A DNA stretch of 42,579 bases, from the IMG/VR virus record IMGVR_UViG_3300031629_000011, positions 1 to 42,579 of that record. One strand, written 5' to 3'. Of this stretch, positions 36,454 to 42,579 are shown piece by piece. The position numbers were made by a program, and so were the translations under genes. The DNA comes from a virus. Taxonomy: Duplodnaviria; Caudoviricetes. Below the pieces are notes generated by a model. It made no database searches, had not been told where the DNA came from, and saw only the letters and a program-made list of their open reading frames with translations. Position 1 is the first letter of the stretch. Each line of letters begins with the position of its first letter.

Positions 36454-37824
36454 CTACCGCCGATGCTGCGTCCTGTCAAACCGGGACGCAGACCTGTCCA
36501 CCGTCAGCGCAGGGCGCGGTCTGAAGTTATCATCGACCTTACGCTTGGTGATCTTGGGGAATAGCTCGGTGATGCCCCAGACCAAGGCATCGAGTCGGTC
36601 AGGTGACTTGAGCCCAACGTATCCACCCATGTTCATTGAGCACATCTGTTCCTCGAGCTCCCTGAAGTACCCAACGTGGTGCACCTTGCCCTGCTCATAC
36701 AGCGCGCTGATTGGCTCGGCCCGGACAACCTTACCGCGGCTGGCGTGCACTTCACTGTACGGAATGTCGGGGTTGGCAGCGTGGACAATGGCTCTCACCA
36801 TGTCGCCACCGTAGTTCTTCTCACCAACGACCCGGTCCGCATTGTGGCGATCGAAGGCGTTGGCCACAACCTCACCCCAGCTCTCAGGTGAATAGCGCCC
36901 ACTGAGATCCTCGAGCAGATACGCCTTACTATCGGTACCCAGTGCCACAACCATGATGCCGATCTCGTCCGATCGGAAGTCCTCAGGCCCGCTACAGCCC
37001 GATGGATCCACAGCGATAATGATGCGCAACCAGTCCGGGAGACTGCCCTCCTGCCCCAATACGCGCTGTTGGTGCAATAGCTCATCGGTCCAAAGCGCGC
37101 CGTCATTGTCGTCCGCAAATTGACCTAAGAGGAATCTGGACCGCTCCTTAGGCCCCATGGCCTCGAGGATCGATATGTACTCAGGCGCTAGATTGACGAG
37201 GTTATCCGCAGGGTTGATCAGGTAGAACCCATACTTGTGGGGTTCGGCCACAGCCATCTTGGTGAAGGGGTCACGCTTGGTGATGAACCGTTGATAGGTC
37301 CAATGTCGCTTCGATGGTGGGTTGAAGTCGGTGAATGACTTGAGCTGTAGGTGCTCAGTCTTCTGGGCGAGTCGAGTCAACGCCAACTGCATCGAGTTGT
37401 AAGGTATCTGGCTGGCCTCGTTGAAGTAGATCGTAGCGAATTCCTGCCCCAGAATCTTCTCGGTGCGCTCCTTGTCATCGAGTCCACCGAACCATATCTC
37501 GCTGCCGTTGGGCATGCGCAGGAACCAATCGGTCTTGTTGAGCATTGTGGACAATGGGGGGAATTCGGGAAAGCAGAGCTGAAGGACCTTGGGTAGCGTG
37601 TCGTAGATAATCGACGCCTTGATGCTGTTGAATCGAAACCTGAAGATAGCGTGCCGGCTGCCGGGCTCCTTCACACCACGCATCATGACGGCCCTGAGCA
37701 GCAGGAAAGTCTTCCCGGACCGGGAACCACCCCCCAGTGCGATGTGCACCGCTGCCGAGGTCATGATGTCCATAGCGCGGTCCTGCGCCGCGGTCATGAC
37801 GAACACCGGCTTAGAGCTTGGCAT
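36454..37824 (-). CDS. terL: terminase large subunit
   Basis: Walker A GGSRSGKT, Walker B-like IYFNEASQ, FNPP coupling motif, nuclease AVDPSG and SPDRLDALVW. Confidence 0.93.
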   Translation of the reverse strand: MPSSKPVFVMTAAQDRAMDIMTSAAVHIALGGGSRSGKTFLLLRAVMMRGVKEPGSRHAIFRFRFNSIKASIIYDTLPKVLQLCFPEFPPLSTMLNKTDWFLRMPNGSEIWFGGLDDKERTEKILGQEFATIYFNEASQIPYNSMQLALTRLAQKTEHLQLKSFTDFNPPSKRHWTYQRFITKRDPFTKMAVAEPHKYGFYLINPADNLVNLAPEYISILEAMGPKERSRFLLGQFADDNDGALWTDELLHQQRVLGQEGSLPDWLRIIIAVDPSGCSGPEDFRSDEIGIMVVALGTDSKAYLLEDLSGRYSPESWGEVVANAFDRHNADRVVGEKNYGGDMVRAIVHAANPDIPYSEVHASRGKVVRAEPISALYEQGKVHHVGYFRELEEQMCSMNMGGYVGLKSPDRLDALVWGITELFPKITKRKVDDNFRPRPALTVDRSASRFDRTQHRR

Positions 37825-38197
37825 CTTTCTCGCTCATCACCACATTGATCTCACCGGTAGCATTCACATCGATGGTCTTCTTGTCCTCGTATCCATAGAC
37901 CGCCTTGAGTAAAAATATCGGCCCGGCGCCACCCCCGTTGAGGGCCAGCTGAGTGTAGCCAGCCTCCACAATTGAGCGCGCTCTTTTTACTGAGGGGGCA
38001 AATTCTTCAAACCCCTCGCGGTTACCGTAGTCCCTGAGCGAGGTTTTCGAGTTGAATCCGAGATACAGAGCGAGCGATACGGTGTCCATTTTCTGATCAC
38101 ACATACGACACTCAGCCACATAACCATCGACCAACCGATCGAACTCCTCGGGACTCTTGATTGTTCTGGGTCTCCCCATTGCACTGCTTGGCAACAT
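37811..38197 (-). CDS. terS: terminase small subunit
   Basis: GRPRTIKSPEEF, SLALYLGF, GPIFLLKAVYGY; overlaps terL start. Confidence 0.85.
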   Translation of the reverse strand: MLPSSAMGRPRTIKSPEEFDRLVDGYVAECRMCDQKMDTVSLALYLGFNSKTSLRDYGNREGFEEFAPSVKRARSIVEAGYTQLALNGGGAGPIFLLKAVYGYEDKKTIDVNATGEINVVMSEKDAKL

Positions 38198-38229
38198 ACA
38201 TTTCTCCCTATTTCCCGGACAATATCACA

Positions 38230-38543
38230 TACCCGTTACTATTTGCTATACCCACTACTGCCGGGTACTCGCAACCCATTGATTACATTAACTTTTCGGG
38301 CCATTTACACGCATACCCGTCACAAAGTGCCCTACCACACGCCCTGTGTCCCGCGTCCCTGTATCTCTATCTCTGTATCTCTATCTCTGTATCTCTATCT
38401 CTGTATCTCTATCTATGTCTTATATTATATTAAATATATATTTATAAAGGGTATAAAGGGTAAAAGGTCTACAGCCCCCGCCAGCTCTACCGATCCGAAT
38501 ACCCGCCACTACCGGGTAAGTGACGGGTAAGTGGCGGGTATTC
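38230..38543. repeat. iteron-like element: 4 x 14-bp CTGTATCTCTATCT, AT-rich tract and six TACCCGYCACT-like boxes
   Basis: Perfect 14-mers at 38359-38414; AT tract from ~38420; boxes at 38230, 38249, 38314, 38500 (+) and 38519-38529, 38530-38540 (-). Confidence 0.9.
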
Positions 38544-38730
38544 TCCAGTAATCGTCAAGATTCAACCTTGGTGGTACCACCGGACGTGGGTTCTGTATCC
38601 TACTGACGGTCGCCACACTGATCCCGCAATCCACAGCGATCACCGGTTGTATCCCAGTGTGTGTCATGACGGCCGACTCGAGTTCCTCCCGGGTGTCGAA
38701 CTTTCCGGTAGATTTATCTGTTCTTGCCAT
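38509..38730 (-). CDS. small helix-turn-helix DNA-binding protein
   Basis: QPVIAVDCGISVATVSRI HTH pattern; TAATG coupling. Confidence 0.65.
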   Translation of the reverse strand: MARTDKSTGKFDTREELESAVMTHTGIQPVIAVDCGISVATVSRIQNPRPVVPPRLNLDDYWRIPATYPSLTR

Positions 38731-38909
38731 TACTTCATCCCCAGTGCTGCGGCTAGTTTATTACCCACCGAGCTTGTGATGATGTAATAGTACTCACCAC
38801 CCACCCGACCTCGGTAGTTATTCACAACGGCCTCGGCCGCCTTCCGTATCTCGGCGATCTCGGCCTTCAACTCCATGATCTCAATCTGCGGACATTTGCT
38901 CATCTTCAT
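38730..38909 (-). CDS. hypothetical protein, 59 aa (MKMSKCPQIEIMELKAE...)
   Basis: Not in ORF track; AAAGGA upstream; TAA overlaps the HTH start. Confidence 0.6.
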   Translation of the reverse strand: MKMSKCPQIEIMELKAEIAEIRKAAEAVVNNYRGRVGGEYYYIITSSVGNKLAAALGMK

Positions 38910-39483
38910 TTCCTTTAGGTGCGGTCATTCCAATCTCGTTCAATAGGTAGACCGCTGTCCAGAACTGTGCCCCGGTATTAGGGTGCAGTCCGTCCACAGT
39001 CTGGTCTGGTGAGTAGTGAGGGTCCAGTATGCTCACGTTGCTGTACATGCTCGCTATCTGCAGGGTCCACTCGCGGGCCGCCAATGTCCTTTCCTGCAGC
39101 TCCGATCCGAGGGTGTCCAGCTGCAGCGGCAGTATGAGCCATACCTTGCATTCCCTACCCTCGAAGAACTGCATCGCGTCTGTGAGAGCCTGCTCATACC
39201 TTTTCTTCGGTATCTTGTTCCCTGCGTCGTTCGTGCCTATCCAGATGATTACCTCACTATGAACGCAGTTGAGGTATCGGGGGAGGGTGAGGTCTACGAG
39301 TCTGAGTCCGGGCTGCGCTGCGTTGTTGATCGTGGCAAAACCGAGGTCATCTAGCTGGTTGGCCCATGAGTCTGGTGTCGATGTCAGGCTGTCGCCGAAC
39401 ACCCAGTAGTGCTGTGTCTCGTCGGCGATGGCCGGCATCGCGAGTACTGCGATCAGAATCGCAGTGAGTATCCTTCTCATCAT
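38881..39483 (-). CDS. secreted SGNH/GDSL esterase
   Basis: Signal peptide MMRRILTAILIAVLAMPAIA; FGDSLT, IGTNDA, DGLHPN; start reassigned to 39483. Confidence 0.85.
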   Translation of the reverse strand: MMRRILTAILIAVLAMPAIADETQHYWVFGDSLTSTPDSWANQLDDLGFATINNAAQPGLRLVDLTLPRYLNCVHSEVIIWIGTNDAGNKIPKKRYEQALTDAMQFFEGRECKVWLILPLQLDTLGSELQERTLAAREWTLQIASMYSNVSILDPHYSPDQTVDGLHPNTGAQFWTAVYLLNEIGMTAPKGNEDEQMSAD

Positions 39484-39544
39484 CAAACCTTGGGTTATGG
39501 GTATATTCCGAGAGCATACCGCCGGCACCTGTGACTATCAACCC

Positions 39545-39616
39545 TCAATAATACGATGCAATGGACACCCCCACTATCAACACCGCTGCTATCAGGGATA
39601 TCCATTTCTCATCCAT
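39545..39616 (-). CDS. 23-aa membrane peptide (MDEKWISLIAAVLIVGVSIASYY)
   Basis: TAATG coupling; GGAG upstream; single hydrophobic helix. Confidence 0.45.
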   Translation of the reverse strand: MDEKWISLIAAVLIVGVSIASYY

Positions 39617-39846
39617 TATCCCACTCCCTCTAATACTGCCGCTAGGTTGTCTATTTCTGGCAAGTAGTGATACGTCACCTGCTGGCTCTTTGCCCTGCGA
39701 GCGGTATCCACCACAGCCTGTGAAGCCTCCCGCAGCCTGTCGTTCTCCTTCTCATTGACCATCGCATGTCGGTGCTCACAGGTGGCGCACCGGCTCCGCG
39801 GTGACAGTGGCGCCGCCAACTGCCCGCATTCATAGCACTCAATCAT
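39616..39846 (-). CDS. small Zn-finger protein
   Basis: CYEC...CATC; start reassigned to MIECYEC. Confidence 0.62.
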   Translation of the reverse strand: MIECYECGQLAAPLSPRSRCATCEHRHAMVNEKENDRLREASQAVVDTARRAKSQQVTYHYLPEIDNLAAVLEGVG

Positions 39847-40072
39847 CCCCAGTCTCCTTATCTGCCATGACGGCATTGATGGCGCTCAGGAATTGAGCAC
39901 CCAGTGTTTGCTTGAGGTTGTTCACATCATCCATGGTCATCTCCCATGTGGTGAACAGGAACTTACAGCTCGTACACTCCCGGCGCCTGCGCATGCCGAC
40001 GACAACCTTCAGCGCCTTCTTCTCCCGGGTGTCCACTGCGATCGAGAGTTCCCCACACTTTGCGCACCTCAT
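39839..40072 (-). CDS. NrdR-like zinc-ribbon protein (no ATP-cone)
   Basis: MRCAKCG...VDTR...RRRRECTSCKFLFTTWE; start reassigned to 40072 (ATGA overlap). Confidence 0.8.
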   Translation of the reverse strand: MRCAKCGELSIAVDTREKKALKVVVGMRRRRECTSCKFLFTTWEMTMDDVNNLKQTLGAQFLSAINAVMADKETGDD

Positions 40073-40212
40073 CCCTTGGCCCATTGTTCTTTGCACACAG
40101 CGGAGAACGCCGCTGCTGCGGTCACCCGGGTCGCGCCCTCGGCAAGTACCCGCCGTAGCGGACCGTTGCCTACGGCCAGCCACGACCCGTCCAGCTGCCT
40201 CTCCACTTTCAT
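40069..40212 (-). CDS. hypothetical protein, 47 aa (MKVERQLDGSWLAVG...)
   Basis: Not in ORF track; ATGA overlaps at both ends. Confidence 0.6.
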   Translation of the reverse strand: MKVERQLDGSWLAVGNGPLRRVLAEGATRVTAAAAFSAVCKEQWAKG

Positions 40213-40475
40213 GACCGGGACTCCCGCAGTTCCGACACGAACCTTGATTCGACCGAGAATTGTGCTTCAGGGTCCCCCAGAGGCTGCCAGCTGTTCGCCA
40301 GCAGGGCGTCAACCGCTACGTCCACCAAGTCCTTCTCGGCCAGCAGGGCGTCATACGCGAGCTCTGCGGCCTTGAATGCATCCATGCGCGGGTTGCCCAG
40401 CAGCACTTTCATGATCGCCGTTTGAAGGGCGCTGTTCTGCGGTACTGTATTTCCATTTATCATTTCAGTTCTCAT
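40209..40475 (-). CDS. hypothetical protein, 88 aa
   Basis: ATGA overlaps at both ends. Confidence 0.65.
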   Translation of the reverse strand: MRTEMINGNTVPQNSALQTAIMKVLLGNPRMDAFKAAELAYDALLAEKDLVDVAVDALLANSWQPLGDPEAQFSVESRFVSELRESRS

Positions 40476-40912
40476 ATTATGAATTGCACTTTATTCATCA
40501 TGTAGCAGTTCTCGGGCTCTACATCACGTTGGTCGCCCCTGTCTGTTCTCCCACCCTCCATCATAGAGTCTGGAGGGGTCTGCGACAGGTTGATGTAGTA
40601 GATGTGCCCATCGCCGAATTTCATTAGCAGGACTGCCTCGCTCCCGTCACTAGCCGCCATGTTTGTCAGGCGATCCACCTTTGACGTAGAGATGGCGAAG
40701 CCTCTATTGAGCAGAAAGTGCGCAGTGGGTAGGCACCGACGCTTGATGGCTTTCACGATGAAAGAAAGCTGTTGGTTGCTCATACGGTGTGAGCACACGC
40801 TCATACGGTGCATATAGCTATCTATGGTGAGGCCCAGATGCCCCGCCACGCGCTCTGCAATCTCATTCATTTCCGCTGTGTGCTCATCGGTCACATACGT
40901 TGGTCTGCTCAT
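40472..40912 (-). CDS. hypothetical protein, possibly degenerate PD-(D/E)XK fold
   Basis: RPTY start and GGRTDRGDQRDVEP motif recalled from a phage nuclease-like family; catalytic residues not evident. Confidence 0.55.
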   Translation of the reverse strand: MSRPTYVTDEHTAEMNEIAERVAGHLGLTIDSYMHRMSVCSHRMSNQQLSFIVKAIKRRCLPTAHFLLNRGFAISTSKVDRLTNMAASDGSEAVLLMKFGDGHIYYINLSQTPPDSMMEGGRTDRGDQRDVEPENCYMMNKVQFII

Positions 40913-41268
40913 GTCCACTGCCTCACGGTTACTTGCACTTCGACGGGCAGGTTGCCCACTCCATAATTTTTAGCGTACTCCACAGCGTTGTCCATCTCAC
41001 CGTCGGCCACGAATCCCCGGAACGCGGCGATGCTGAAGCGGCTGCTGGTGCTCCTCGGTCCGACTATCAGCTGGCGAGTGTATTGCATCTCCCGGGGACC
41101 CTTATTGTTGTCATACTTGTCCGCCATGTTGGCGACCTTATCCGGGCTGGCGACGCAGCGTAGCGTCATGCCGTCGACCTTAAACTCGGCCAGACCACCT
41201 TCGATGGTGTCGTAATACCCGAGCGCCCATTTGTTACGGATCGCGCCTGCTATCTCTTTATTTTTCAT
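40909..41268 (-). CDS. hypothetical protein
   Basis: Start MKNKE by ATGA overlap. Confidence 0.65.
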   Translation of the reverse strand: MKNKEIAGAIRNKWALGYYDTIEGGLAEFKVDGMTLRCVASPDKVANMADKYDNNKGPREMQYTRQLIVGPRSTSSRFSIAAFRGFVADGEMDNAVEYAKNYGVGNLPVEVQVTVRQWT

Positions 41269-41507
41269 GATGTCCACACCTGTCCAAGTGAATTGTAGTG
41301 CGTCAGCGTCACCAGTATCGCACCGTTGCTTTTGGGTTCGTGGGCTACCTGACGTACCCGGTCCATCTCAGGCCTGCGCTCTGCTGCGACCTTGATCTGG
41401 TCGGCCTGCTCCTGCGTGTCACACTCGATGACGTACAGGTTGGTCTTGCCGGCAGCGCGACCCCACTCTGAGAAAAAATTGTCGACCATTTTGATGTAGG
41501 TGCTCAT
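41265..41507 (-). CDS. hypothetical protein, 80 aa
   Basis: RBS GAGGGG; ATGA overlaps. Confidence 0.7.
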   Translation of the reverse strand: MSTYIKMVDNFFSEWGRAAGKTNLYVIECDTQEQADQIKVAAERRPEMDRVRQVAHEPKSNGAILVTLTHYNSLGQVWTS

Positions 41508-41635
41508 ACGTCACCCCTCACATTAAAGCAGCTGCCGATGTAGACCCGGGCCGCTTTGTCCGACAACTTGCCGTCCAGATAGTGACCGATGTAAGTGGCG
41601 AGGTGCTTACGCCCATATGCATTTAAATTTTTCAT
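41504..41635 (-). CDS. hypothetical protein, 43 aa (MKNLNAYGRKH...)
   Basis: Not in ORF track; RBS GGGAG; ATGA overlaps at both ends. Confidence 0.6.
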   Translation of the reverse strand: MKNLNAYGRKHLATYIGHYLDGKLSDKAARVYIGSCFNVRGDV

Positions 41636-41841
41636 ACGTCAAACTCCCGTTCGTTGTAAACCCGTGGGCGATAGCTGACACCTACGACACCATCCTCGAG
41701 GGTGGCCAGCTCCATTTTCGCCGCCATCTCTTCGGCCTCTTCGGGGGTGGTGTAGATGATGTCCCCGGAAGGTACCGCCACCCAGTGACGGTTAAACTTA
41801 CCCTCGACGAATGTCACGCTTACTATTCCATACAGGCTCAT
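41632..41841 (-). CDS. hypothetical protein, 69 aa
   Basis: RBS GGAG; ATGA overlaps. Confidence 0.65.
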   Translation of the reverse strand: MSLYGIVSVTFVEGKFNRHWVAVPSGDIIYTTPEEAEEMAAKMELATLEDGVVGVSYRPRVYNEREFDV

Positions 41842-42080
41842 GCGGTTAACTCCAAGTATTTTGCGTGAAGGCGGTTGTGGCTACGGGCTCTCAGGCTTGT
41901 CTCGATGACCATGCCCCTGCGGAATGGTTCGCTGCGGAACTCGGCCAACTCTTTTGCGGTGTTGATGTGGATGAACCGCTCGTCGCACCAGCTCTCCACT
42001 GCGTTAAAGACTTTGATGCTGGGCCACTCGATCAGGACCAGATCACCGTTGGGTGCTACTGAGGTCGCGTATACTTTCAT
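41838..42080 (-). CDS. hypothetical protein, 80 aa (MKVYATS...)
   Basis: Start reassigned using RBS AAGGAG. Confidence 0.65.
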   Translation of the reverse strand: MKVYATSVAPNGDLVLIEWPSIKVFNAVESWCDERFIHINTAKELAEFRSEPFRRGMVIETSLRARSHNRLHAKYLELTA

Positions 42081-42090
42081 ATCATTCTCC

Positions 42091-42252
42091 TTAAATTGCA
42101 CGGTACATGATGGCGATTTCTTCAGCCGTGGTGGGGTTGATGCTGATTTTGTAGCCCTGTTCATCAGCGAGATCGAGAAAGAAGCTGATTCGATCCTTGC
42201 TGCAGTACCATGAGTGACCGTTGTCAGCGCGGGTAATTTTGTAATCAAACAT
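42091..42252 (-). CDS. hypothetical protein, 53 aa (MFDYKITRADNGH...)
   Basis: Not in ORF track; RBS GAGGAG; better supported than the 5' extension of the 41838 ORF. Confidence 0.65.
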   Translation of the reverse strand: MFDYKITRADNGHSWYCSKDRISFFLDLADEQGYKISINPTTAEEIAIMYRAI

Positions 42253-42300
42253 AGTGTTCTCCTCGGCTAATAGGGATGTTGTAATTAGGTTAGGATGGGA

Positions 42301-42579
42301 CTATACCCACTCAACCTCTGGCTCCTCTTGCCACTCGAATTGCTCGGTGGTAGTAGTCGATAACTGCTCGATTGATTCGCCCTTTACCGTGTGACTAGCC
42401 CCACAGTGCAAGGCCTCCCCGACATACCCGTACCAGCCTGTAGAGTCTCCGTCGATAACACTGCCGCACTGGGTGGCCTTTATCACTTCAGCCTTGGTTA
42501 TATCAACGCCACCGCTTACACGCTCAATAATCACTGTTGTTATGGTTCTGGTTCTGGTTCCACTAGTTGTGAATTTCAT
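42301..42579 (-). CDS. hypothetical protein (start at window edge)
   Basis: 92-aa ORF, same strand as neighbouring genes. Confidence 0.55.
   Translation of the reverse strand: MKFTTSGTRTRTITTVIIERVSGGVDITKAEVIKATQCGSVIDGDSTGWYGYVGEALHCGASHTVKGESIEQLSTTTTEQFEWQEEPEVEWV

Noticed and set aside
38161-38530. ORFs with LYLYLC / ISISV repeats
   Set aside because: Translations of the 14-bp repeat on the opposite strand; region looks non-coding.
40073-40312. N-terminal extension of the NrdR-like ORF
   Set aside because: Space is occupied by coupled genes 40069-40212 and 40209-40475.
1-42579. Integrase/att sites, tRNA, introns or inteins
   Set aside because: None recognised; pol and terL are continuous and of ordinary length. 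Lifestyle cannot be inferred from this truncated window.

Overview
This window is part of a tailed dsDNA phage genome, truncated at both ends, with podovirus-type (BPP-1/epsilon15-like) morphogenesis genes. I found no integrase, reverse transcriptase, tRNA or CRISPR array. The left arm (+ strand) carries a family-B DNA polymerase and a J-domain (HPD) protein. The rest lies on the - strand and reads, from the right: small early-type genes (NrdR-like Zn ribbon, secreted SGNH esterase, HTH), an iteron/AT-rich non-coding element, terS, terL, three small basic proteins, portal, scaffold, major capsid, cement, an internally duplicated tail adaptor, nozzle, GNAT-like and ejection proteins, a lower-GC tail-fibre plus lysis block, a 2350-aa polyvalent protein and an 850-aa fibre. 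The most interesting signal is the pair of large putative ejection proteins (20708-24673 and 5486-12538). They look like two halves of one polyvalent protein split around an ~8-kb block and carry cargo modules bounded by LAQ/LFQ linkers: GrpE-like, two ART-like, ParB/Srx, HDxxGH, HhH-glycosylase-like and zincin HExxH. With the separate J-domain gene, the phage may encode both classes of Hsp70/DnaK co-chaperone. All family assignments come from motif recognition by eye; no searches were run.
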